Origin: Eledone cirrhosa
Taxonomy: Eukaryota
Direction: 5' to 3'
DNA: 64,000 nt
Assembly: GCA_964016885.1 (NCBI GenBank)
Contig: OZ024740.1
Location: 248,806,001 to 248,870,000 of the forward strand
Positions 36,706 through 50,413 of the stretch are shown piece after piece; position 1 is the first letter of the stretch, and each line of letters opens with the position of its first letter. Made by a program: the position numbers and the translations under genes. A model generated the notes under the pieces. It saw nothing but the letters and a program-made list of their open reading frames with translations. It searched no databases and was not told the origin of the DNA.

Positions 36706-39700
36706 TACGATTCTGGCTCCTGAGACCAGATTTGCTCAAGCAAATTTTTCCACACTCAGGGCACTTCAATTCAATGGAGACACCGATCGTTTCGAGAGAT
36801 ACACCGGGGCATTACTTACGCACATTCCGTTTCATCTTCTCGTGCTCTATGCGTCTGTCTTCAAAATTATAGACCCTATCATTCACCATTCCACGCCAAG
36901 TTTCTCTTTCAAGAGCTTCTATCTCCCAGTCAGCCACCATCAAACCAGTTTTTTTTTCAATGTGTCCTTTCCACAATCCCTGAATCGGAGCCTTGGCTTG
37001 TGAGGTGGTCGCTTACCCTTAAAAAGCTCGCCATACAAAAGTTGTTTTGGGATTCAATCATCCTCCATTCTGTAGAGGTGTCCGGTCCATCGCAAACGCC
37101 GTTGGTGGGTGATACTCCCAATGCTTCGACACTCACTTCTCTCAAGGACCTCAACATCACTCATATGGATCTGCCACTTAATACCAAGCACCTTTCTGAG
37201 ATACTGCTGGTGAAATCGTTCCAGTCTTTAGATATGCCGTTTGTAGGCAACCCATGTCTCAAACGCATAAGTGCAAATTTGACAGTACACATGCGGCATA
37301 CACTCTCACCTTGGAATCACAATGAAGACCACTTTATTGTGATTCCTCGCCTGCACCAAAGACGGTCGCTGAGCCTTCCAAATGACTCACTTGCCTTACT
37401 AACACGTAGACCAGCCTTTGCATCCAGAGAGCAGGTCACACTCAGAGTGCTCTCCAAATACACAAACCTGTCAGCAGCCTTCAGCTTTTGACCGTATACA
37501 TATATGGAGTGTTCATTGAAAACTTTATCCGAAGCAGGTTGGTACATGACGACAGTCTTCAGACTAATTGTTAGTCTCAAAGCACTGCACGCATTGGAAA
37601 AAGAATCCATGAGGTGTTGCATGTCACTCTGGGAGTGCGCGAAGAGATCACAATCATCTGCATACAGAAATTCTCTAATCAAGGTACTCAGTAACTTAGT
37701 GTTAGCAGTGAGACGCCTGAGGTTGAACAGCTTGTCGGAAGTGCGATATCTTAGATAGATACCATGTTGACAATCCTTGAAGGCTATGAAGAACACCATT
37801 GCAAAATACAAGGCAAAGTTGGTGCAGGTATATCACCTTGCTTGACACCATTTTCAACCGAGATTGGCTCAGACAGTTTACCTCCAATATTTACCCATGC
37901 CTGCATGTCGTCGTGGAAGAGCTTCAGTATGTTCACAAACCTTTCAGAACAGCCTGATCTCTCCAAAATAACCCACAAAGCCTTCCGATTTACGGTGTCA
38001 AATGCCTTGGTCAGATCGACAAAAACTTGGTATAAGTCCATGCGCTGCTCAATGCATTTCTCTTGAAGTTTTTTGGCCGAGAAGATCATGTCAACAGTGC
38101 CTCTGCCATTCCTAAAGCCACATTGGGACTCGGTAAGTACCTCAACAGCAATGTGCTGTATCAATCTGTCCAACAAAATGCTGCACAAGATCTTCCTAGC
38201 CACAGATAGCAGTGAAATACCTCTGTAGTTGCCACAGTCATCTTTGGCTCCCTTTCTTTTGTAAACTACCACCATCACTGCATCTTTCCAGTCCTGCGGT
38301 ACATCTTCATTCCAAACATTCACAAAGAGATCAGTGAGGCGGTTTAAGAAGTTATCACCAGCACGCTTGAAGATCTCGGCACTCAGTCCATCCATTCCAG
38401 GTGACTTGCCGCTGTTTAATTTGGCAATGACCTTCGCCACCTCATCAAATGAAAGAGGATCAGTCATTGCCAGCTTTGTAGGTCTGGATGGAATCGACCG
38501 GATGAACTCATCATCGATTTCTGATGGTCTGTTGAGGAGCTCATCAAAGTGTGCACGCCACCTGATCAGGATTTCCTTCGTATCTCTGAGCAATTCCTTG
38601 CCGTCTTTGGAGCGAAGTGGGGATATTTGTGGACCGGTTGGACCATACACCTCCCTGAGCAGATTGTATAGGAGCTTTGTATCATGTCTATCTGAGGCCT
38701 TCTGGATCTCATCAGCCTTTTTTCTCCACCAGGTATCTTGCATGGCTCTCAATTGATGTTGCACACGTGCCTTGATATGCTTGAAGGTCTGGTCACTCTT
38801 GTCAGAACGTGTCTCACACAACAATGATGCACACTTTTTGTGTCTCTTCAAGCAAGGTCTGGATCGCTGCATCATTTTCATCGAACCAGTCCTTATGCTT
38901 TCTATTGGTATGACCTAAATCTCTAGCACTAACATCATAGACGGTTTTCTTCAATGATTCCCACGTGTTTTCACATTCCATGGACTCAAGAGACTTCGGC
39001 AGCTCAGCTCTGACTTCTTCTGCCTTCAGACGAGCCACGTTTAGTTGTTTTGGAAGTGCAACCTTCTTGCTTAATTTGGGCTTCACAACAAATTGAAAAA
39101 AGGCGCACACCAGATGATGGCCAGTCCAACATTCCGCGCCTCGCAATACACGAACCAATGTGATATCCCTGGCATCACGTTTCCTTGTTAAAACAAAGTT
39201 AGTAAGGTGCCACTTCTTGGAACCTGGATGCATCCAAGCTGTCTTATATTAGTCTTTCTGCTGAAAGAGCTTGTTCCCAACAACAAGATCCATTTCAGCG
39301 CACATCTGCAACAGAAGTAGGCCATTGTTATTGCACTTACCCACTCCATGCTTGCCTATCTCACTCCAAGCTTCCCAGTTATTACCAACACGTGTATCAA
39401 AATCACCAAGGATGATAATATTGTCTGCATAAGATATACTATGGATGATCTCTTTCAGAGACAATAGAAAGCTAGTTTATCATCATCACTAGCACATATA
39501 GAGTCACAAAGCGGTTTTGAATCAGAGGGACTCTCAAGGAGATTATCCGATCATTGAATCCACAAGGAAGATTTTCCAGCTTTGAGACGATTCCATTCCT
39601 GACTGCAAATGCGACCCTTGTCTCTCTCCTACAACCCTCTGCTCCACCATTCCAATAGAAGGTATATCCTCCCTTCTGTTCTGTGAATTGACCCTCACCT

Positions 39701-40465
39701 GCTAATCTCGTTTCTGAAAGAGCAACGATGTCCATGCTATAGCGATTGAGTTCCCTCTATACCAAAGTAGATCTTCTTTCAGGGCGAGTTTTACTAGACT
39801 GGGAATCAAGTAAAGTTCTTACTTTCCAGCATCCAATATTCAGAGGTTTTAACCTCTTTGCAGTTGCAGGATGACGACTGCATCCACGCTGCGGTGCCGT
39901 GGGACACCTGCCGGGCCAGCCCTCTTCACAATAAGTTCAAGAGCCCTTACTGCCATTGACTTCAAGGTCATCATCTGTCATCATAGAGTTTGGTGCACTT
40001 TTAGGCTACGGCCAGTCACACGAACCTGTAACAGATCCTGAACAAGCAATTCCTGTGCTTTGAAGGTTTTTTAAGTGGGGAAAGGCCTTGCACTCGACCA
40101 ATCCCACTCTCTAAGCATCAAAAACACTACCCGAAAAGGAGAACTGGTCAACATCATCGGATGCTTCCGAAGCCGCAGTTTTTTTTTTCAGAGTTTCCCT
40201 CTCCTAGAAAGGTGTTGTGACAACAACTGGGGGCCTTTCACTCTCAGGTGGTAAAAAAAAGAGTACTATTTGGATGGCCGTTGACTCTGTTAATCTCCTC
40301 CGCCCTTTGCCGGGTCTTGTATTTCATCCCGCAGGGTGTCCAAATATCACCCTCCTCACCAAGCAAGCTTGGTGGGGTTGCCGGTTTAGTCGGCGATGAT
40401 ACGACCATGAGACAGGTTGTACTGGGTTACATGTTACCAGTAGCACTCGACAGCGACCTGACACA
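36706..40465 (-). mobile_element. RTE-clade LINE, near full length, degenerate
   Basis: APE (IGCWKVRTL, DIVALSETR, ILGDF, HPGSKKWH) and RT (KSPGMDG, NYRGISLLS, SQCGFR..RGTVDMIF, FVDLTKAFDTV, GVKQG, YADD); about 600-bp 5' UTR. Confidence 0.92.
37784..38881 (-). pseudogene. RTE reverse transcriptase (longest open segment)
   Basis: RT subdomains up to GVKQG; continues after a frameshift in 37317-37811. Confidence 0.9.
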
Positions 40466-40467
40466 TA

Positions 40468-40533
<66 letters not shown>
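40468..40533. repeat. (TCTA)n microsatellite between the divergent RTE and Tx1 5' ends
   Basis: Perfect tetranucleotide run. Confidence 0.95.
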
Positions 40534-40534
<1 letters not shown>

Positions 40535-40535
40535 T

Positions 40536-43500
40536 AGACGTGTGCAACTTCGCAGAGAAGTTTCCGTTAATTTATGTAAGAAAAAAACCTGAGTTTTTAG
40601 TTAAATTTTATATTATTGTGTAACTTCACCCCCCGTCTGGACCTTCAGGTGGTGGGTTAACTCCTTTTCGCCCCTACAGGGGCGAAATATCTGTTTGAAA
40701 AGTTTTTTCTCCATCGAATCTTGGAAAAAATATTGTAAAAGTTTGATTACGTTATGAACGCTGCGTCCAACGATAATGGTGGTGGAGAGGCGGTAAGACT
40801 ACAAAGCTCGCAGTCAACATCGTCTTCTTCCCTAGATACTATAGAGATGGAAAGACGAAATGAAAATGTAAAAGCGAATTCATATCCAAACAACACAAAT
40901 GACACCAAGCAGTTCAATGACAACAAAAATAACAGCAACACCAATAATGATGATAAAAGCAACAATGATAACAACAAAGAAAAAAATAAAGACAACGCCA
41001 AGAACACCAGCATCAAAGACAACAACAACACCAAGGAAAATACGAATAATATCAACATCGGTGACAACAAGAATAACAACAACAATAACAACAATAATGA
41101 CAACACCACCAATACGGATTCCACAAAGAAACAAAACCTCCTTTGCAGAGAAAGTTCAAAAAAAGGAGGAACTGATATATCTTGACATAACAAATGCTGA
41201 ACAACTTTTAAAGGACGCTAGGAGATATGTCACTTTCGAAAAATATGGTGCTTTCAGCATCAATTCTCCGGTAGAAATTCGCAAGGAAACTGCTCTCAAA
41301 ACGATAGTTTTTAGGACAGTTTCCAATTCTACCCGAAAACCAGTCCAATTGTCACAGAAAGAAATTGATCTGGTTTTCAAAAATTCAAAACCGAAGGGAA
41401 AACTTTCGCCCACTCTATTAAAAATAGCAAAAAACTGAACCTAAAACTGATTAGGGTCCCTATACAAACTTATAGGGCTCTAAAAGAAACATTTGAGAAG
41501 GATGTGGGGAATTCCTGCGTGAAACCACTCAACCGCGTCCTTCTCAAATGTCTCCCCACCCCAGACACCCCCATCCCACCAGACCCCACCCCACCAAACA
41601 TCTCCGTCCCCACCCCGTCGGAAACCACCACCCATCCAGACAACCCCTCCAACACCCCCATGGAAATCGTGCGGCCTGGTCCCCAGGAGACGAAGGGTGA
41701 GTGATCTCTTTTCCTCTTTTAACTTTTCAGCACCAACATGGCCAATATAAGAGTTGTATGTGTGAACGTACGCGGCCTGGGGATGCCCTGGAACCAGGGC
41801 AAACTCTTAAACGACCTCAGGTCGCACAGTTTGGATGTGGTAGCCATTTGCGAGTCCAGGATCCACGGCGAGCGACAGCTGGCCCCCATCTTCGATGACT
41901 TTGAGATCTACGCATCTCTCTGTCAACCGGGGGTTGGGGGGCGGAGTTGCCGTTTTGCTGCGGAGACACCTGGGCCTCGTAACACAGACGGTACATCTGG
42001 ACCCGGAGGGTCGACTGGTGGTCCTAGACGTTGACGGTAGTGAAGGTGGAGCCTTCAGGCTGGTGGCCGCATATGCCCCATCCGGGACACCGCGGCCAGA
42101 CATCTTCAAACGTCTAGAGACTTTTCTGGGAACGTCCCGCTCCTTGCTTTTAGTGGGGGACTGGAATGGAATCCTAGATGCACGTTGGGACTATGTGGGA
42201 GCATGTCCCGATAAAGGGGGGTGTAACAGCCTCAAACAGTTAATTGACCGATTTGACCTGGCCGATAGATATCGACTAGATTTTCCGACTGCGCCACTGT
42301 GGACGTGGAGTAATCGTAGCGGAACATCTAGATCTTACCTAGATAGGGTTCTAGTTAGAAATAAGGATAGGGACATGTTAAGCTGTCCACAAATGTTCAT
42401 GGTTGCCTATTCAGATCACAAACTAGTGACCTGCATGGCCAACCTTGATAGAACCCATAGACAAGGACCCGGCTACTGGAAGCTGAACTTGTCGTTACCG
42501 ACAAGCAAAGCCTACAGTAGACGGATTAGCACTTTAGTTAAACAGCACTTGACAGGGGCCATTGTCAACAACAGATGGTGGTACTCTCTCAAGAGGGCAG
42601 TTAGATTAGACTCGATAGTTTTTAGTAAAGAATTAGCGTTAGATAGAAATCGAACCGAGAAGGAACTGGTAGATAAAGTAGAAGAGGCAATTAGAAGTGG
42701 CAACGTAGCCAGCGTGCTAGCAACGAGAACGGCCTTGGACCAGTTCTTCGACGCAAAGCACGAGGGCTGCGTTGTCAGAAGCAAAATACGTGCTCTGGGA
42801 AACGAGGGAGCCAAAACTGTTAGCTGAGCCCGAGTGACGGAGGCAAAAAGTGGCAACAAGTCCACGATTCGGTCTTTGAAGGACCAAAACGGACGCGTGA
42901 TACGTGAGCCGAAGCAGATGTGTGCGGCTTTTCAGCGGCACTTTGCTCAACTGTTCGGGAGGGGCGGCGCGCCGGGAGAGGCTATGGATTTTGGTCCATA
43001 CCTCGACGGCCTACTGCGACTCTCGGACAGCGAGGCAAAGTTCTGCGACAAGCCGATTTCAGCCGCTGAGATAGGGGACACGCTGAGCCAATGCGGCAAA
43101 CGCAAATCTCCAGGTCTCGACGGTCTACCCTACGAATTTTACGTAGGAATGCCGGACTTATTCTCCGGTCTCCTGGAAGCGGTCTACTGCAACTGGCAAC
43201 AGAACGGGAGAATTCCCAGTTCTGTAACCGGGGGCGTGGTCACACTAATCAGGAAGGACGAGAATAAGAGGGATGACATAGGCAACTTCCGGCCCATAAC
43301 TCTGCTAAACACAGAGTTACAGATTTTGGCCAAGGTGTTGGCAAAGAGGCTGGCGCTTGTCGTCGAGAACCTGGTGGGAGAAGCGCAGACATGCGCAATC
43401 CCGACCAGGTCCATACACGACAACATCCACCTCATGCGATACATCATAGAGAGGGTAGGGTGTAAACCCGGCTTCGGTGGGGCCCTGATCAACTTGGATC

Positions 43501-45397
43501 AGTCTAAGGCTTTCGATAGGGTTGACCATCGTTACCTGGATGCGGTGCTCGAGGCGGCAGGCTTCGAACCCGTGTTCAGGGGCTGGATTGCTGCAATGCA
43601 CAACAGCAACATCTGCTCAAGGGTCAAGGTGAACGGCTACCTCTCGGAGCCGTTCCATATTACGCGATCCATTCGACAGGGATGCCCTCTCTCCTCCCTT
43701 CTGTACGTACTGACTCTCGAGCCACTACTGCGGAAGCTGGAGCTATTGCAGGGCATCCCTCTGGAACCGGGACTGCGGAAAGCGGCGTCGGCCTACGCCG
43801 ACGACGTGACAGTAATGGTGTCGAGCGCCTCGCAAATCGAGGAAGTCGGCACCTTACTGAGGGAATACGAAAGTTTCACAGGAGCGAAGCTGAACCGGGA
43901 CAAGTCCATCGGTTTGCAACTCGGATCGTGGAGAGGCAAACCGATGCCTTCCGATGGCGTCGTCGGACGCTGGACGGAAGGACCGGTAAAGCTGCTCGGG
44001 GTCTGGTTTGGTCCGGACCTCCAGGTGGAGAAGAACTGGAACGAAGTGACGGCCAAGGTGTTTGCACTCACCCAGAAGTGGGCTGAGTGCAAACTATCCT
44101 TGAAAGGTCGAGCGGAGGTGGCGAACACTTTTATAGCGTCCGCCATCTACTACCGCTTGACCGTCGTGCCTTGTCCAGCCAAAACGCTCGCCAAAATGGA
44201 ACGCGCGCTCTTCCGATTCCTTTGGAAGAGGCGGGCTCCTTTGGTGAGAAGATCCATATGCTGCAAACACCCTTCTAACGGAGGGCTGGGGATGCCGTGG
44301 TTGACGATGCGCAAACACGCGCTCAGGCTGCGACATCTCTACGTATTCCTCACCGGACAACCGGCGTGGGCCCCGTTCGTGAGGCGAGCCTTCCCACGAC
44401 TCGTCTCGCTGACCGAGCTGCAGTCCTGGGTCAAGCAAAGACCGAGTAAAATGGGCGACTGGCACATCGAATGTGCTCAGGCGCTCACAGCCCTCTGGCA
44501 GGCGGACCCGGCGATCAGTGGAGACTCCACTTCGTCATTCTATAGAGGGTTGATCCGCAGCAAGTGCGACGACGCGATCGGTGAAACTCCAGGCGTAGAG
44601 GAAGATGAACTGGCCAGTCTGTTCGGTAGGACCTTCCGCCCGGGACCGATGGACAACTTCCAAATGTCCCTGGCCTGGCAGTGCTACCGAGGAGCTCTAC
44701 CAGTTCGAGACAAGCTCTACAGACATGGGCGCCCGGGCAGGGACCCTGCAAAAAAGATCTGTCCGAGGTGCGTGCGAGACGAAGAAACCGTCGTGCACGC
44801 ATTGATACACTGCCCGGGCGTCACTGACCTGTGGGGCTATGTAGAACGACTATTGTCGGGAGTGGGACCAATCCGGTTGACCACCGAGTCCATTGTCATG
44901 ATCAAACCGCCACCCTCCTTCAAAAACGAAGGAGATGCGGTTTTCCTTTGTGTGATAGCTATAGCGAAAGAGGTTTATAGTGGACAAGGTTGAAAGGGCT
45001 GAGGTCAGACACCTTTCTCTCCGGCCAACAACTGATTCTTTTTTTCAAATACCACTTTGGAAGAAGAATCAGGATGGAGAGAGAGGTGCTGTACCCCAGC
45101 AAGTTTTATGAAAGGTGGGTGAAAGTGGCGAGAATGGGCCTTCTCTCTATATCAGCCTGTAGGTTGAGGAAAAGGAGGAGGAGAGGAAAGGAGTACAAAC
45201 TCTTCGTACTCCTGGAGATGAGGGTTGCACATTTTTTCGGGGGTATGTGTTACCCATATAAACTGTCTCCCCCTATTGGGGAAAATCGACTAACTTTTAA
45301 ATTACATTTGTGATAACATTTTACACGTTTTTATTGTATGTAAACTTCCCCCTTTGTATTTGTCCCCTTCTTTTGTGCCCCTGTGGCTAATAAAGAA
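40536..45397 (+). mobile_element. Tx1/L1-clade LINE 1, near full length
   Basis: ORF1 remnant at 40754-41704; ORF2 APE-RT-CCHC from 41738; 3' end GGCTAATAAAGAAA. Confidence 0.9.
41738..45150 (+). pseudogene. Tx1/L1 ORF2 (APE, RT, CCHC) with about 3 disruptions
   Basis: CVNVRGL, GDWN, YLDR, SDHK, GPGYWKLN, KSPGLDG, FRPITLLN, DQSKAFDRV, RQGCPLS, YADD, CPRC...ETVVHALIHC. Confidence 0.93.
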
Positions 45398-45415
45398 ACA
45401 TCTCTCTTTCTGTCT

Positions 45416-47829
45416 GACGCGTGGAACATCGCCGGTAAGCTTTTTTGTTAATTTCTATACAAAAAACCGAACTAACTGTTTGAAAAAACATAACATTTTT
45501 TAGATTAACCCCCAAGCTGAATTGTCAGCTGGGTGGTAATCCCATTTTTCGCCCCTGCAGGGGCGAAAATTTTATTTTAAAAGTTGTTTTAAAATATCAG
45601 ATTTTACAAACTAAATAACTTGAGCAACACAAGAACGCTGGAGAACGTTAATAGAGAAAAGAGAGGGAAATAGGCAGATATTAACGTTATATCTGCTTCT
45701 AATACTATGGACGTCGCCATAGATACGACTGTCAACAAAGAAAAAAAAAAGTACTACCACTTGAAGATTTTAAAATTTCTACCGTCGAAGTGGAGAAAAA
45801 TAACACACAGGAAAACACAGGAATTAAACCCATTAACATACATACACATGAAAAAGACATCAACAACTCTACAGATACATCTACACATAATGTTTCACCT
45901 CGACAAGGAACTGAGATTTCCAACACCGAGGCTAACAACGATAACAACAACAACAGCAACACCACACAAAAAAAGAAAATGTCTTTCGCTGAAACAGTGA
46001 ACAAAAAACAAGATTTTATAAATTTTGATATCTCCAACGCAAGAGATATGCTCCAGCAAGGGAGAAAATTTGTAACTTTCGAAGAAAGAGGTGGGTTTAG
46101 AATTAACTCACCCCTTGGAATAAAGGAAGAAACAATTCGCAGATCAGTCACCTTTAGGACTGTGTCAAATTCCACAAGAAAGCCGACATTTGTTAACCAA
46201 GCAGATATAGAAGCTACTTTCAAGGAAATTCTAGCAAATGTCGATTTTCTCCAGCGAGGAAAACAGTACGGAAGTGTTTCCGTACTGTTTAAAAGCGAGG
46301 CACTCGCTCCAACACACTCTGTGACACCAATGGTGTCAAAAGCATACACCTTTTTCCCTACATACATGGGGAAAAGGACACAAAAAATAAAAATAAAAAA
46401 CATACCTCCAAACATTAACATCTAGTGGATCTTGGCTGGCTTTGTAGAGCCAGAAACTGATATGATTCTTTCGATACGAAAATCTATTCGACAAAGGTGG
46501 GCGGGTACAGATTTGGAGATTCTGTTACCTCGACGGCCTGCCGCGTCTCTCGAACACGGACGCCGAGTTCTGCGAAAGACCGATCACGGACACTGAGATA
46601 CGGGACGCTCTGGGCCGCTGTGGGAAACGCAAGTCACCCGGTCTAGATGGTCTACCCTACGAGTTTTACATAGGCATGCCGGACTTGTTCTCTGGCGTCC
46701 TCGAAGCCGTCTACAGAACGGGAGAATTCCCAGTTCTGCAGGCAAGGGTGTAGTAACGCTGATCAGGAAAGACGAGAACAAGGGGGACGAAATTAACAAC
46801 TTCAGGCCCATAACTCTGCTCAACACAGAGTTAAAGATTTTGGCCAAGGTGCTAGCTACGAGGTTGGCGCTTGTCGTCGAGAACCTGGTAGGGAAAGCGC
46901 AAACGTGTGCAATCCCGACCAGGTCCAAACAACCTCCACCTCATGCGATACATCATAGAGAGGGTGGGTAGTAAACCCGGCTTCGGTGGTGTTCTGATCA
47001 ACTTGGATCAGTCTAAGGCATTCGATAGGGTCGACCATCGATACTTGCAAGCGGTTCTCAAGGCGGCCGGTTTCGGTCCCGTGTTCAGAGGATGGATCGA
47101 GGCGATGCACACCAGCATCTGCTCGAGAGTCAAAGTGAACGGCTACCTATCGGAGCCGTTAGCAATCACGCGTTCCATTCGACAGGAGTGCCCTCTCTCC
47201 CCCATTCTGTATGTATTGACTCTAGAGCCACTACTGTGGAAATTGGAGCTGTTGCAGGACATCCCTCTAGAACCGGGACTGCGCAAAGTGGCGTCGGCTT
47301 ATGCCGACGACGCGTGACGGTAATGGTGTCGAGCACCTCGGAAATCGGGGTGATCGGCAACTTACTGAAAGAATACGAAGCGATGACGGGAGCAAAACTA
47401 AACCCGGACAAGTCTGTCGGTTTGCAACTCGGTACGTGGAGAGGCAAACCAATGACGTCCGACAGCGTCGTTGGACGCTGGACGGACGAACCGGTGAAAT
47501 TGCTCGGGGTCTGGTTCGGTCCAGACCTCCAGGTGGAGAAAAACTGGAACGAGGTCACGACCAAGGTGTTTGCACTCACCCAGAAGTGGGCAGAGTGCAA
47601 ACTGTCCTTGAAAGGTCGAGCGGAGGTGGCGAACACTTTCATAGCGTCCGTCATCTACTACCGCTTGACTCTCGTGCCTTGTCCCCGTGAACACCTCGCT
47701 AAGATGGAACACATGCTCTTACAGTTTCTGTGGAAGAAGCAGGCTCCGCTGGTGAGGAGATCCGTCCGCTGTCAGCACCCTTCCAACGGAGGGCTGGGAA
47801 TGCCGTGGCTGATGATGCGCAAACATGCC
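45416..47829 (+). mobile_element. Tx1/L1-clade LINE 2, tandem paralog; APE deleted, 3' truncated
   Basis: 5' UTR and ORF1 homologous to LINE 1 (VTFE..G.F.INSP..I..ET....V.FRTVSNSTRKP); jumps to RT at about 46525; RT highly similar to 43000-44320. Confidence 0.88.
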
Positions 47830-49872
47830 GAAAGGGAAAAGAAATGAATGAAGAAGAGAAAGAAATTCAGAGAGCAAGAAATCGAGAGTATCAAGCACAA
47901 ATACGGGAAAGGCTCTCAATTCAAAGGAGAAATGAAATTAGAGAAGAAAACAGATTAGCTCTCCAAGAGTCGAAAGGAAATTTGACAGAAGAGATGAAAT
48001 AAGAGAGGAAAATAAATTGGCACATCAGGTGTTAAGAGGAAATTTAACAGAAGAAAGAAGAGATGAAATAAGAAAGGAGAATAGAATTTATCACATTAAA
48101 GCAAGACATTTTCAGACTAGGGAGGTACAATAAATTATAACTCAAGTAAAAAGATCTAGGTATGCTGACCTACGTAGTTCTGTTAAATCATTTACAAATG
48201 CAGCATTTGAAGATGATCCAAGTAAAAATTGATAATCTATCAAATTTAGGAACAATGTCAGTAGTTTGTAAGCATTGTTGTGCAAAACTATTTAAAGATC
48301 AACCTAAGGGGTTATGTTGTTCAAATGGTAAAGTTAAATTGAATTTTATTGAAAGACCACCTGAAACTTTAAATACACTAATGCTGGGGGAAACACGGGA
48401 TTCCAAAAACTTCTTAAAAAATATAACGAATTGTTTTCAATGACATCCTTTGGAGTCGGTGAATCAATATAATGCCAGGATTCATGTCAGTTTTCAAAAT
48501 ACAAGGTCAAATTTATTACAGAATAAGTTTATTGTATAATTGTTTCTACTTTAGGCACAAGGCCAGCAATTACCCAGTGCATTACTGGTACTTTATTTTA
48601 TCGACCCCGTAAGGATGAAAGGCAAAGTCAACCTCGGCGGGATTTGAACTCAGATCGTAAAGGGACGTAACTATGCTGGAAAGCATGGTGTCTGACCCTC
48701 TACCGATACTGCCAATCCACCAAGTTTATTGTATAATGCAGTTGATAATATTCCTAAATATGCACAAGTTTACTTTATTGATGATTTATAAGAAATAGTA
48801 GGTTTCTTGAAACACACTTAGACACTATAAGACACATCAGACAAATTAAAACTATGGCATTTTTTGTTAACAGTCCAAATCTTCAATTGTCAATTTGTGC
48901 AAATAAAGTACCAGCTGGTGAGCATGCACAAAGGTACAATGACCAAATATCTAACGATGTGGGATTAGTAATGGTTGGAACTGAATTTCCACGAAGAAAC
49001 AACATTTTTACTTTTAAAGATAACACTGTAAACAAATCAATGAATTACATAGATCCTATGATCTATTACAATATCCTTTGATTCATTGGAGAGAAAATGA
49101 TGGGTATTCGTTGGATTTACCTTTGTATAACCCAAATACAAATCAAACAGTCCGAAATAAGAACGGTACATGCAGGCAATATTATGCATATTATTTACAA
49201 CTAAGAAATACTTGAAATCAAATTGTAAGATGTAAATGATTGTTCCACATGTATTTAGTTGATATGTATGCAAAAACTGAGTTTGAACAGTTATTGTACA
49301 TTAAACAGCACCAATCCAAGCTAAGGGTCGAAGAGTATTCACTTTTAAAAGATTCTCTAAATAATGAAGGAGCACTCAATACACAAGAATTAGGTAGGGC
49401 TGTAATTTTACCTTGGAAGTCCAAGATATTGGAAGGAAAGAACTCAAGATGCAATGTGTCATGTGAGCGAATACGGTAGGCCTGATTTATTTATAACATT
49501 CACTAAATGGAATGAAATCATGGAGAACCTATACAAAGGTCAAAAGCCCGAAGATAGGCACGACATAATTGCAAGAGTTTTCAAGCAAAAGTTAAATAAA
49601 ATGATGAAAGTATTGGTTAAGGGAGGTGTAATATTTGGCAAAACAAAGGGAGAGTGGCAGAAAAGAGGCTTACCACATGCTTATATTTTACTTTGGTTAG
49701 AGCAAACAATTTAACTAAATCAATTAGATTCAGTAATCTCTGCAGAAATTCCTGATCTAATTAATGATCCTAATCTTTATGATATTGTCACTACACAAAT
49801 GATCCATGTGGTTTATTAAATCATCAATAGCCATGCATGAATGATGCAAAGTGTAGGAAAAATTATTCAAAA
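47830..49872 (+). pseudogene. Highly decayed Helitron Rep fragment
   Basis: CKHC.AKLFK....GLCCSNGK, YLVDMYAK.E, YGRPDLFITF, EWQKRGLPHAYILLW. Confidence 0.85.
48541..48721 (-). mobile_element. SINE family A with a 16-bp TSD
   Basis: AAGTTTATTGTATAAT at 48525-48540 and 48722-48737 flanks a near-full copy. Confidence 0.9.
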
Positions 49873-50060
49873 TATGCTATCATTTTCTCCCCTTCCTAAT
49901 CCCCCTCACTCTCTTTCTTTCTTTCTTTCTCAATCCCTCTCTCTCTCTCTTTTCTCATACCCTCTCTCTCATACCTCCTCTCTCTCTCTCTTTCTGTACA
50001 GAATGGAGAACAATCAAGAACGCACAGATCTCTTTCTCTCTGTCTCTGTCTTTATATATA

Positions 50061-50413
50061 CTAGCTGATGTACCCAGCTTCGCCCGGATAAACAGATGAT
50101 AAGAGAAGACAGGTAAAAGAGAAAATGACTGTATTGGATGTTTGTCTGGTTACAGTATGAGGCGAGTCCGTGGTGTCTGTGTGATACAGAAAACAGTAAA
50201 TAAAATCTTCCAGATATACCAGATTCTTCATTGTACCGTTTGTGCATAGTATATGAACAATTCTATGTGGTCCCACCTAGAATAGTGACCTCTAGGAGAT
50301 GGTTCATCTTCTGTCTGACTGTAAAACGTGTATCATTGCATAGACGTGGTTGTTCCACGTTTCTCAAAAGGATGATGGAAGTTCCAATCTTTTATATTAT
50401 ATATAGATATAGA
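50061..50413 (-). mobile_element. Short non-autonomous Helitron
   Basis: Minus strand A^TC at 50413; imperfect hairpin and CTAG^T at 50061; body matches 31895-32310. Confidence 0.72.

Noticed and set aside
42825-42827. TGA between the Tx1 APE and RT ORFs as selenocysteine or readthrough
   Set aside because: No conserved Cys context; most simply a nonsense mutation in a copy that also has frameshifts.
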